From Perna viridis (Eukaryota), in contig CM074522.1 of NCBI GenBank assembly GCA_037379345.1, forward strand, positions 14,880,001 to 14,944,000: a DNA stretch of 64,000 nucleotides, in the 5' to 3' direction. This document shows positions 51,721-64,000 of this stretch, piece after piece (the first letter of the stretch is position 1; each line of letters starts with the position of its first letter). Made by a program: the position numbers and the translations under genes. Below the pieces are notes generated by a model. The model saw only the letters and a program-made list of their open reading frames with translations, did not search any database and had not been told where the DNA came from.

Positions 51721-54014
51721 AAATGTTGTTTTAGTCCTGTATTAAATCTGTAACTGTATTGTACTTTTAAAAGTTGTGAATTTGACATTAACAAACTGAG
51801 TTTCCTCGCAGAGCACTAGGGTAATCAGTAAATAGATATTTGCAACCATCATATCAAGATTGATGATGAAAAATGTTTAATACAACACAGTAGTCATTTA
51901 GAACCGGGTTTCATAAGAAAAATTTCAAGTGATCTGATTGGTCGAAATTTGAGTTGAGGAAGGATTTGAGGAGAATCTAAATTTGAGATGTTTTATGAAA
52001 CCAAATCCTGATTCATATACTAGTAAAATTAACAATTGAAGCATATAACCAAGTCCATTAGCCAACATTTCAAATTTTGTCAGTAAGAGATCACCGGATC
52101 CTGAAATGACCAGACCTATAACTGGCAAGTAACTGTAGTATATTATCACTCTAAGACACTATTGTTTTCCAACCCAGTTTTTTAAGAGGTCTGTTTAAGA
52201 ACAATTTTTATTTCAAAAATACAAGAGCTAATGTAAGAGAGTATTAGGGACTAAGACACATCAACAGCTTACAAAGTGATCCCTTTGGCACTGGTTCTAA
52301 CTACAGTTGTAGTAAGGACATTTCGGTACATTTCAGTATGCCCTTGATTTAAGTGTCAGACTTATGTTTGACTTAACATGGTATGAAATAGGGTTAAATA
52401 CTGCCAAAATTTTCATTTAGATTTTCTTTCATCTGGTAGAATTTATTAGATCAATAGGTATTTGAAAGTTATAATCTCAAAATTCTTTCTTTTATTCATA
52501 CATTGTATGGTGTTGACACAACCCAATTCTTGGATTCAAATGGAGTTTTATTATGTTTATTGCTTTGAATATTAAAGAATGTAAACTTGAGGTCATACAA
52601 GAATTACCAATGTTGATTTTATTAAATGCTTACATGTTATTGTTGAATGCATGTACATGTATATTTATCATTAGTTTGGTATATTGCGTTTGTGGTATCT
52701 AGTGTATAAAGACTGATATATTCTGAAAATTACATGTCAAAATCTCTATCGCCTGCGGTATCAACCCGAAACTCCTATATCCCCCTAAGGGCCACTGGCT
52801 CGCACAGTGATACAGGTCGAGGGTTGATACCACATGATATACACCTACCATGATATAGGACTAAGAAATATATGATTAAATGAACTTAAGTAACTCAACC
52901 ATCATGATAAAGTTATCTTGCCCCACATCACTTCAGGATTAGAAACAAGTATTCTGTTTCCCATAATCTGACTTTTTTTAGCAGTAGCAAATTTACAGTG
53001 AGAAACAAAATGATACTTATGAAATACAGCTATCAAAAGTAAGCAAGTCAAAATCTATATGCATTCTAGAACTTACCAACTCATTCTGATATTTTTAAAA
53101 GAAGTGAATTACAATTTAAAAAATATATATATGATATACATTAGAAAAATGCCCTGAAACCTCTGAGAGTTAACTCTTGACATTAATCTAGGTCAAGTTA
53201 TGTGAAACAGGGTGAGACCAATGAATTACCTTATACTACAAATTAAAAATTCCCTGAGGGTCTCAATAAGTACATTTAACACAATACTTAAACAATTTGT
53301 TAGCAGATTGTAACCATTAATATAAAAATGTGATAAGTTTTTTATAGACCCATAAACTTGTCATTAGACCATTGAACATGGGGGCATGAAATAAACCTTA
53401 TTTAGCAAATATTGAATAAGTCTATTTGTGAAAAGTGCTCATATTAATGGAGGGTCATTTAGAGCACAAAGGTGGTAGCTCATTGTGTGTCATATAACTT
53501 TATTTTAATAGTTATATTCCTTTGCACTTTAAGTGTAAGTCTCAATCAGAATCAGGCAGTTGACTAATTCTCAACTTGATTCTAAATAAAACATCACAAA
53601 ACTTTCCGAAGATTTTTAGAAAATTGTGATTTAAAAAAATATATAACCCACAACTTGTATTTGTAGAACATTTTAGTGCTGAAAATTATTTTTTGCAAAA
53701 AAAAAAATACTGAAAATCAGATATTTATTTCTTAATTTGGGTGGTGCTAATTTAATGACATTACAATGTCAACCATTATTACCTGAATCTTACAAGGACT
53801 GGTACTTTGATAAGAATTATGTTGTATGACTTTGCACCTGTGCAGTAAGGCCAGCCAAAGAACCCCAGGATTTATTGTTGAAGTATTTACCATTATAAGT
53901 AGCCCTTCGTAATGTGGTTCTGTGAAATTAGATTAGTTTATAGCTAGAATTTTATGGTGTATAACTATGTACATAGATTATTTCTTTGAATTTTGAATGT
54001 TGTTGTTGTATATT

Positions 54015-54200
54015 TAGTCCAAATGATAATGTCCCAAATAGTTCTAATGATAATGTCCAAAATAGTCCAACTGATAATGCCCCAAATAGTTCTAATGATG
54101 TACCAAATAGTCCAACTGATAAAGTCCAAAATAGTTCAGTAGATTATAATCCTAATGATTATGTTGCAATTAGTCCAAATATTAATATTTCAATTAGTTC
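54015..54200. repeat. Degenerate ~24-bp tandem repeat
   Basis: TAGTCCAA.TGATAATG.CCCAAA and TAGTTCTAATGAT units alternate. Confidence 0.8.
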
Positions 54201-54694
54201 AAATAAAAATGCACCAAGTACTAACATAAGGCCACATCAAGTTAATTTGTAGATTCTCATCCACCAGCAACTAAAAACGAATTTGTTAAAGAAATCCTGG
54301 AAATGTGTACTTTGTGCCACACCAAGGGTTTATTTCTTTAATTCCCCTTATAATGCAATTAATAAAAACCATCCTGAGATCTGCCGAAAAAATATCAAGA
54401 TATTCTGTAAATATACACCATTTTTTGTTACGTTTTTTGACCGGAAGTCTATAGTATTGTGTATAAGTAGGGTCGTGATGGATACAGACATAAAAGAAAT
54501 CCAGAAATTTGGACCACCGTTAAAAAAAACCCAAAAATATAAAAAAATTTGGGCGGGGCCTTTTGAGTAGGGGCGGGCAGGGATGAAAATTTACAAATTA
54601 ACCTGATGTGGCCTAACAAGAAAATGTATAACAATAATTGAAATTTCCAGGACTTCCAATGTGGTCTAAGGTGTACACTTGGTTTGGTGTAGAA

Positions 54695-55036
54695 TAACAG
54701 GAAATTGGCTTAGCTGTCACCAACTCCGGTTTTCTAGCGTGTAACAGGAAATTGACTTAGCTGTCACCAACCCTAGTTTTCTAGCGTGTAACAGGAAATT
54801 GACTTAGCTGTCACCAAATCTGGTTTTCTAGCGTGTAACAAGAAATTGACTTAGCTGTCACCAAATCTGTTTTTTTAGGGTGTAACAAGAAATTGACTTA
54901 GCTGTCACCAAATCTGGTTTTCTAGGGTGTAACAGGAAATTGACTTAGATGTCACAAAATCTGGTTTTCTAGCGTGTAACAGGAAATTGACTTAGCAGTC
55001 ACCAAATCTGGCTTTCTAGCGTGTAACAGGAAAATG
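54695..55036. repeat. 47-bp minisatellite, about 7 copies
   Basis: GTAACAGGAAATTGACTTAGCTGTCACCAAATCTGGTTTTCTAGCGT recurs with period 47. Confidence 0.95.
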
Positions 55037-55577
55037 ATTTTCATGTATTTCCTTTATATATCCCAACTCTGAAGATTGGAGAGTCTGTCTGTCTGTCTGT
55101 CACACTTCATCTCAGCAACTTCTGGTCACTCGATTATTTTTGGGACAAGCTTTAAATACCGATAGGTGTGTCATATTGTATGGTTTGATTTCAGGTGTGG
55201 GGTACATTGTTTTCTGGTTAGATGAACCAGGTCATATTTTGACCATATACTAAAGGCATGGTGCTCAGGTATCACTAGTGGATATACTGGCTCCCAGATT
55301 TCTAGTTCAATCTTAACTAATTCTGTTCATTTGTCAAAATCCATGGACATACGAAGAGCAAGAGAAAGAAGATAAGCAGTAATTATAGGTCTGTAGGTCT
55401 GTTCTATCTTAACTTACTGGTCTTTTACAGGACCAATTTGTACTGAAAATGTTAGACAAAAAAATGATTAATGAAAGAAACTTAAAAAACTGCCCTTTTA
55501 AGGAAAGTTTGCCAAGAGCAATCTTTTGTCTAATAATGAAGTTAATACGATTCTCTGCGTGATAAAACTGTGAAGAT

Positions 55578-55647
55578 ATGATATGGAATAAATTAAAGAT
55601 TAATCTTGGTAAATCTCATTGGGACAAGCTGAACATGTTAATATACA
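55578..55647 (+). CDS. Weak candidate alternative first exon (MIWNKLKINLGKSHWDKLNMLIY)
   Basis: ATG, 23 open codons plus A, donor gtaagt, phase 1. No homology support. Confidence 0.3.
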
Positions 55648-57620
55648 GTAAGTCAAATTATTATGTATGACTGAAGCTAGTTCATCAGATCTCAGCTTTG
55701 AATAGATGATTGGTAATTGTCACTGAATACAAATATGCTGATACATGTATTTAAAAATTTAAAAAAATGGTTTGATTTGTAAAATTTAATGAATTTGTTC
55801 AATTCTGTCAATGAAAAGAGTTTATATGTCTTGTAGTTTATTAGATTTTACAAATGATATTGAACTTATGCCAGGTAACTGATTAATTTGAACCTGTAGG
55901 GGGAGGATGTTATATACATATAATCAATCATGGTAAGAAAGGTTAAAGTCCTCATTATCGTTAACCAATGTGGGTCGGATTGTCTTTTCACAGCCACCTG
56001 AATACTGGTTTAAATGAGATTTTGTCACTTCATCATAACATCAATTAATTTTTATCTCAATGATATAAGAAGATAAGACATTGTAGACAGCGACTTTTTA
56101 TTGAAGATGTTAAGTTTTTGTAGACCTTTTTACAGGTCATGACAACACTTTGATGGATTTAAAGGGAAGACTTTGAACACCCAACCCCCACTTATAACCT
56201 AATATCATTGGATCTTTACCTTACTTCATTATGTGACAAAGGATTTTATTTAAATGGACAAATTATGAGCATTTCTTTGTGGTATGATTAGTTTGTGACC
56301 AGATCTAAAAGATCTGGGCTATTGTGTTCTCTATAGGTTACGTAATGGTAGTATTGGTTGAATGGGGGATTTAAAATATTAGTGTTCGAGCTGAGTGCCA
56401 CCTTGTGGGAAAATATTATTTTATTTTGATTTCTTATTAATTTCAGAACTTTTATGGGGTGTTCAAATTAAGCTAAGTGATGTATGGAATGGATGTCTTA
56501 TTTTATAGAATGTTGACAATTTGCAATGTCATTATTACCAAAGTTTCTTCATAACAATGGATCTTATCTCGACTCATTAGTTCTCCTTTGTTCTTACATT
56601 TTGAAATGACTGTTTTGACATATTTTCTGTTACATAGTTTAGTGCCTTATGATAGAGAAAGAGGAAAGATCAATTTACTACACATGGGCGGAATTTCTGG
56701 AAAATTTTTAAAACTGATCTAATGTTAAGTAATGGATTTATAGAACTTATTTACACAGAGAAGCTTCAGAATGCTTTGATTCTATTTATTGAGTTTTGTT
56801 GAATTCAGAGACAATTAATTTTACTAATCACTATGACTATTTGAGTATATATAGATTAATTTTCCAAGTGACGATTGTGTAGTCTTTTTTCATTAGGGTA
56901 ATAGATATCCCATTAAAGTCTTGTGTAAAATCATATATCAATTTTTCCGGAGACGCTTCTCTGCTCGATACCATTGATTTTTCCTGGGTTACACAACTGA
57001 CGGTGGATTTGCGTTAATATACCTGTGTTTACTCCCATACCTTATCAATAGATTTCACTGGGACTTTATCAGAGTTAAAATTTAGTCTATCAATACACAC
57101 GGTAATATTGAGGATTTTGTCAATTTTAGAATTTCTGATCCTTCAGTGCTGCATGTGCTACAATGATTATTTAGAAAATGATGTGGATATATGTACTAGC
57201 CCTGTTAACGTGATTGAAAATTCTGAATGGATCAGCTGATTTTGAAAAGTAACATGGTTGATTTTTGTGTTGGGAAATATTTTCAGTGAAATTGAGAAGT
57301 ATTATATTCTAGTAACCCAGGTACACTCTTATGGATTTAGTTTTCCTGTAATACAGCTAACAGTAGTGTTGAAACATTCTTTCTGTATTAATTTACAGCT
57401 CCAAGGTTATATCAAGTATCATGGATTCATTCTCGTGCAGTAGACCAAAATTTTACATGTGAATAACATTGTGGCCAAATCCACAACAAATATTTTTCAA
57501 AAATGTGCAATATAGGGCATATACTTCTACATGTATGCACAAATTTAGCTTGATATCAGAACTTTAACTCATTTTTAAGCAAGATGACATAAAGAAATCT
57601 GGCACTTTAAAAACTTAACT

Positions 57621-57747
57621 ATGAGCCGACTTGATAGAGTAAGAAAACGGAGTATAATTCGCTCAAACAGGAAGTCTGAATCTGATCTTTTTCGTCCTGG
57701 ATATTGCCCAAGTTTTGCTGAGGAATTTTTAGGCATCAGGTTCAAAG
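57621..57747 (+). CDS. PLEKHG5: Candidate alternative first exon (MSRLDRVRKRSIIRSNRKSESDLFRPGYCPSFAEEFLGIRFK)
   Basis: actATG, 42 open codons plus G, donor AAG|gtatat, phase 1. It is GC/CpG-richer than its flanks and has an Arg-rich N-terminus. Confidence 0.5.
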
Positions 57748-57899
57748 GTATATATATTTTACTTTAGTTCATCGATTTTGAATGTTTACAGATCTCAACT
57801 AAATCAACAAATTCTGGTTGATGTTCTTTTTGTTTGTAAACATCAATTTCTCTTATTGTGCTTGAACAAAACTTTTGATTTGTTATGAAATTATGAATT

Positions 57900-58049
57900 C
57901 AGGAATTGGTTTCATAATAAAATCTCACACTTAAATTTTTTTTTCAAATTGTAGAGTTTTTCTTCAAGCAATTTGATTGGTCAAAATTTGAGTTGAAGAA
58001 GCATTTGAGGAAAATCTCAATTTGAGATGTTTTATAAAACTGTCACCTG
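57900..58049. repeat. Short MITE-like dispersed repeat (related copy at ~51905-52010)
   Basis: Both copies share TGATTGGTC.AAATTTGAGTTGA.GAAG.ATTTGAGGA.AATCT.AA.TTTGAGATGTTTTAT.AAAC and have imperfect inverted ends (GTTTCATAA / TTAT.AAAC). Confidence 0.6.
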
Positions 58050-61000
58050 GCATATCATTTCTTTATTTGTATTTTTTTATTACAATTTTCACTGGTGTGA
58101 ATACCAAAACCATAAAAATTACATACAAAAAATTGTTTTCAAAAATAAGATGGCAGAATCATATTTTAAAGCTATTTTAAGCAACACCCTCATCAAAAGG
58201 TAACCAAAATTTCAGAAATGGCTTTAGGCATAGGTGACAATTAGTAAAAAGTGTCTATGCCATGTGGTAGTCATTTGCTGTGAAAAGCCACACATTTACA
58301 TTTGATGTTCCATCTGAGATTTATCTTGTCATTTTCTCTGTATCAGTTCTGTATACAGAATTGAGGACACCCTATTTCAAGTTGTAATCCTTGATATATG
58401 ATAATATGGGTAAGTTATAGTGCACCGTTCATTTCTTTGAAATCTTGTAGATCATAGCCGTTTTCTCCCTATAAAGTATGTATGTCAAGGTTGTTTTTTT
58501 TCTCCTAAAGTTTATAGGTCAAGGTGTTTTCCTTCTAAAGTTTATAAGTCACAGTGTTTTCCTTCCAGAGATTGTAGGTCAAGGTATTTGGATCTATTTA
58601 AAGAAGGATTATTAAATCTTGTTTAGGAGACTTAATTTAAGTTTTATGCTGTATTTTACAGATAGTTACACAGGGGGTAATATTTGTACATGGGAGATTC
58701 ATGTGACGTTAAAACATCCTTGAGAATAGATAACTGAGATTTTAATTTTATAAAGCAAATCAAATAAGAGATTTTTTCGTAGTCTCATCTCTACATCCTA
58801 TCTAGGTATTTAAGTAAATAAGTAATTATATTATAATCGATAACATTATATCCTTTAAGTGGGTTTGGCCTTTATTTTGAATTAATACTTACTAAGGTAT
58901 ACCAATATATGGAGTGGTTGCTGTGAAGGGTTTTTATAGGTTTTTTTAGAGGAGGTGACCACTTAATTACTGAAGGGGAGAATCCCCTTTTACAATGATT
59001 TGAATCTTAAATATTAGTCCAGTACCAGTACTCAAATTTATATTGAGCTACAGATGTTTCATAAATGCAACCTAGTTAATTCAGGAAATAACCTAACAGA
59101 AAACTTGCATAATTCAATTTAAAAAGTCCAGTATTCTAACTGGTATAAAGTGCCCTTTTTAGTCCAATAATGGTTAATGCATTTTATTTCACATGACTAC
59201 TGGTAAAAATACTGGCCAGAAATAAACAAGACTCCATAGGAACGACTGATACTGAATGATTAAGGATACCACAGAAACCAAAAAGTAAATAAGCAACTTG
59301 GTTCGCCGAGACTACAAGAACATAGTAAGGGAGTATTTCTTCTTTTCCTAACTGTCATCCAAGCTATGTTCATTATTACCGTATTTTTCCATGTATTACA
59401 CGTATCTGTGTTTTCCGCGCACACCCTCTTTGCAAGGGAGATTGGCGAAAAAAGTTCCTGTGTAAAACGCACACTGGGAAGCAAGGAAAAATCACCAGCA
59501 GAAGACCACATTGAGATGAATTCCCAGAAATGCGTCTTTTTTCATCATTATCTTTTAAATAAATGTATTTTCTATGTTTCCCTGCGTTTGCAAGCCATTT
59601 ATTAATTAAAATAGTTTATAAATAGCGATGTATTGGATCTGAGCCGGTTGAAATGTTTACATTTCCTGTTCGAATACAAATCAGGTATTTCACTAAAATA
59701 ATGGCGTCAAGTCCGACCGTTTATAAAAAAGATGTTTTAATTTGCCAAGTTGTGTATTGATATCTGACATCTGCAAACAGTTCATCAAGCGGATTAAAGG
59801 ATTAGTAATAATTATGTCACCTTTTAAATTGGTCTTGTGTTATTTGATAATTAAATGACAATGGGCCCCGAGGACAGGTTGGCACTCCCGGTAATGTGTA
59901 TTTAATGCTCCACCGCAAAGAAGAAGAAGTTATAATTAGATCACTTGATTTGAGAGAACAGTGAGAAGCTAGACATGGTTTTTCGTACAAACTATGAAAT
60001 TCGAGGAAACGGCATTGATGGATAAAACAACTATTAAATAGCAGTAAAACTTTATTTGTTTATTTCACATAAAACTGTTCTCAAAAATACAATGGCTCGA
60101 TGTTGTCTTTAGTTGACGACTTCGATTCTGATTTCCGAAAATTACGGACCTGAAAATTATGTCTCCAGAAAAAAATCTAGAAACTCATTGTTTTGGTGTA
60201 TACCACGCATTCCCCTTCTGGAGCAAAGAAAAAGTTGGAAAAAAAAGTGTGTGGTATACACGGAAGAATACGGTATCAGTGCTTTAACATATAACTCTGT
60301 TAAGCATAACATAAGATATTGATCATGACTTGTACTGAATCAATTAATAAGCAAATACCCCAGCTGTTTCACCAATACAAAAGTAGGCCATGTTTAACAT
60401 CCACATCAGTATTCTACTGGTAAAGTTTGTCCTTATTATCAGTCGGTCGACTTTGAAGTAGGAACCATACCTCTTAGCAAGTCAGTGAGATGTTAGAGTG
60501 AGCGAATACATTGTAAATGTTGAGTGTTAGATGGTTAGATGTTAGATGGGCTCAGATAGCAAAGTTTAGATGGTTTGGAATAACTAGTTGAGTCAGTATG
60601 TTTGTGGTATTTTTGATGCCTACAGTTCTCTCTTTTTACACTTCGATAATTGCTAATTTTGCAAGTTAATCTGTCCTTGACCTCTCATAATGTATTCCAG
60701 GTCAATGTGTCCTTGACCTTATTATGTGTTTTCTTTGTTTCTGAGATGCAATGTTTTACTATGATGAACCAGGTGTATATACTTTATACTTTTATTTAAG
60801 GGAATGTTGTGTAAATTTCTTCTGACATATTTAGTGCCCAGTGTTTTTGTTCTTGTTAGTATAAGGTGTACTCTGTTTGTAATTTAATAAATTCTGCTGA
60901 AAGACAGAATTTATGTCACTTTATATTAAAGACTCATTGGTTGTTATTTTCAAATCATTTGTCTTGTGATTGAAAAAACTGCTTTGTCATCAAAAATATT

Positions 61001-62979
61001 ATGAAAACTTCACTTCAAGCAGTACTTGGTACATTTGATAAATTTTATTTTTGTGTTTTTTTTCATGAAAGGCTAAAAACCACTAATTCCACTTCCCATA
61101 GGCTGCTATGCTAATTTCACAATATTCAATGGCTTCTCTGGACTTTACCTTAATTTTAACCTGCAGAGGACTATATCAGCATGATTCTACATATGTCAGC
61201 TCACAATCCTCAGAATGGCATGTGGGGTTAGCAGACTTGCAGTGCAGTACTGGTCACCGGAAGTGAAGTGTCTATAAATAGCATGGGAAATCCCAGTGTT
61301 TTCACAAGATAGGGGTATATTTAAAAATCATTATGGAGATTAGGCTTCACATCACAAGAAGCAAAATGCACCTATAAAATGTACAGAAATGTTTTTCCTT
61401 TCAGAAACTGTTTAAATTTTTTAAATGAGATGAGAACTTTTTTCACAGCACTATAAGGAACAGGGGTAATTTCTGCGTAGGACTATTTTTGCGTACGTTC
61501 CAAATGCTCATTGGTTGAATTGGTGGTCTGTAACCTAAATCAAAAAACACTTTTTCTTTAATAGCTTTTATAAGTACTACAGAAATCAATAGTTTTCATG
61601 TGGATCAAGATTTACATGCAATTAGTTTGACTTTCTTATGCCATTTATTGGGATAAAACTGGTATATTTTGTATTTATTAATTATGCATTCACATGAAAT
61701 TCTATTGAAGGCTTAATTCACATGAAGTTTACATGAATACTGTAACTTGTTTTGTATTGAAAGTTTGCCCTCATGTAGTAGCTATCTGTTTAATATCTTG
61801 ATCACTTAGCAGTGTTGTAAAAATAGTTGGAGACCCATCAAAATATTACTGAACAATAAATATACATATGCTCAGAAGGAAATTTAAGCTTTTTAGTACT
61901 TATGTAAATTACAAGGTAAGTTGAAATAGGCTTCTTCCCAAAATGTCTCCATCAAACTGTTAACATATTAATTTCTGTGGTGGCTAATTTTCACAAATTA
62001 TGGCTAGTCAACATATTTGGGGGTATATATTTTCATAGTTTCAATAATGAGAAGCTGTATATAGTTTTGTTTTTTTTTTTTTAAATTCACAGATACAATT
62101 TTTCCTGGTTTTCTGTGCACTGCTAGATTTTGGTATTTTTATACAGTAGAACTTAGATACCTTAGTTGGTGGACTTCGATCAAGTTTATCAGTTGTTGAA
62201 AATGTATTATGGTGGTAAACATCATAAATTTCTCACAAAACTGACAAATCTTTATCACTCTGATTAAACAGATTAGAGATTAAAACCAATCTCCACCTAT
62301 TATGATACAACTGCTTTTCATTACTGTCAATGTCCTTATAAAGAGGACAGCCACCAGCTGAACAATGAAAGTAAAATTTAAAAAAAGTATAAATTCCATT
62401 AATAAAGGTTTCATTGTGATAGATGTTATTTAATTGGAATTAAGAAAGTAGGGCTCATTAAAAGCAATAGATATGAACTTATTTGTGATTGTGAATATTT
62501 TTCTTGTACATTGAAACCTGTCTAAACCAAACTCCTTTTAGATAGGTGTTTGGATTATACAGGTTCAAAATAAAATGAAACATATGAAGGGACTTCAGGA
62601 GATGTTTGTTTTACACAGGTTTCCAGTTTTAAAGAGGTTTTTAAACAGGACCCAATGTATATGTATCAAAAGTATGTGTTAATCTTAGTATGTTTACAAA
62701 ATGGTTTTTATTTTGACCTCCTTATCAATTTTTTAATGCTTTTTACTGCAACAACTCAAAGCATGGACATCACATTTGGTCACTTATTATATTACTAAAT
62801 ATGTCATATTGTGGCATTTTTTGTTGAAAATTGTGACTTCTTAGTTTAAAATGCAAATATTCCATTGATCTGAAAAAAAATTCTTCTGACAATTTTTTTT
62901 ATTTTTATTTTTTTATTAAGTTAATCACTTTCTTGGTAACATATTGCCTTGCCTTATGTACTATAATGTGAAAAAAAGA

Positions 62980-63648
62980 AACATTGGAATACTAATCCTA
63001 CCAGAGGTATTGAAAAGTGACACTGACAACATTGGAATACACTGACATTAGAATACTCAGCCTACCATCAATGGACAGTGACATTAGAATACAAATCCTA
63101 CCATCAAAACATGCTAGTGAACAGTGACGCTGGAATACAAACCCTATCATCAATGCATGTTATTGGACGATGACATTGGTGACATTGGAATAAAAACCCT
63201 ACCATCAAAGCATGATATTTGGCAGTGACACTGGAATACAAACCCTTCCATCAAAGCATGGTATTGGACAGTGACATTGGAATTTTAACTCTACCATCAA
63301 TGCATGGTATTGGACAGTGATATTTAAATACAAACCCTACCATCAAAGCATGGTATTGGCAGTGACATTGGAATACTAACCCTACCATCAATGCATGGTA
63401 TTGGAGAGTGACATTGGAATACTCACCTTACCATCAATGCATGGTATTGGACAGTGACATTGCAATACTCACCTTACCATCAATGCATGATATTGGACAG
63501 TGAACATTGGAATATTAACCCTACCATCCATGCATGGTATTGGACAGTGACATTGGAATACTAACCCTGCCATCAATGCATGGTATTGGATAGTGACATT
63601 GGAATACTAACCCTACCATCCATGCATTGTATATTGAACAGTGACATT
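62980..63648. repeat. 46-bp minisatellite, about 13 copies, more diverged at the 5' end
   Basis: GTGACATTGGAATACTAACCCTACCATCAATGCATGGTATTGGACA recurs with period ~46. Confidence 0.93.
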
Positions 63649-64000
63649 ATATATAGACACCATTATGTAAGGCAGAAATGTCAGCCACTGTTGGAAGAAA
63701 TCTAGATAACAATTGATTTATCTTCGGTTACATAGAACTAGACCTTGATTAATGTATATCAAATATTTAGTAAGATCCCGACTATTGTATAACTAACACC
63801 AATTTACAAACTGCTTTCTCTGGAGTCTATGTCACAGCCTTGCATGGATTGGTAGAAAGGTGCTGAGTAAGGAATATTCTGTTTCGTAACTACAGGATGA
63901 AATAAAATGGCAGAGTGAGCTAACTGCTTCTCACAGTGGTGTGGTGTGTGTGTAGGCACATTAATATAGAGAAGTGGAGTTCATAATTAATTTATAAAGA

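Noticed and set aside
53986-54252. Asn/Ser/Pro-rich ORF (SPNDNVPNSSNDNV...) with a possible acceptor near 54017
   Set aside because: The open frame is explained by a 24-bp tandem repeat, and there is no convincing donor or homology.
56944-56977. TTCCGGAGACGCTTCTCT (FRRRFS), resembling micro-exon C
   Set aside because: There is no in-frame ATG, no S-x-P or donor, and a stop follows within a few codons. At most it is a relic or a chance match.
35804-64000. Search for DH/PH domain exons or a nested gene
   Set aside because: No recognisable DH motifs (such as EAVWEL..TE or QRLTKYPLLL) and no long ORFs were found. Small exons could have been missed by eye.

Overview
This is AT-rich, CpG-depleted animal genomic DNA; the repeat families and frequent TACATGTA suggest a bivalve mollusc (inference). 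The whole window lies inside one large, mostly intronic + strand gene, a PLEKHG5 (Syx/Tech)-like Rho guanine-nucleotide exchange factor. Phase-consistent exons could be assembled for the N-terminal Cys/His-rich region (19695-19777, 30539-30686), a linker ending in KRRHTD (31522-31669, 32729-32813), a symmetric cassette exon (33447-33635) and the ubiquitin-like RBD domain (35316-35407, 35667-35803). No DH/PH exons were recognised, so they presumably lie beyond base 64000. The main novelty is an apparent battery of alternative first coding exons. Upstream of the Cys/His region these include a His7 exon and a 415-codon acidic exon. After the RBD there is a set of phase-1 micro-exons, three of which encode related R-R-x-x-S-x-P phospho/14-3-3-type motifs (MFYHRRQISCP, MVRRRCYSYP, MSFRRRSFSYP). 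The introns also hold an intact non-tRNA retroposon with a 13-bp TSD and a 5' pseudoknot, several MITEs, a Helentron-type element and many 30-70 bp minisatellites. Most short ORFs in the supplied track look spurious. Family assignments come from recalled motifs, not from a database search.
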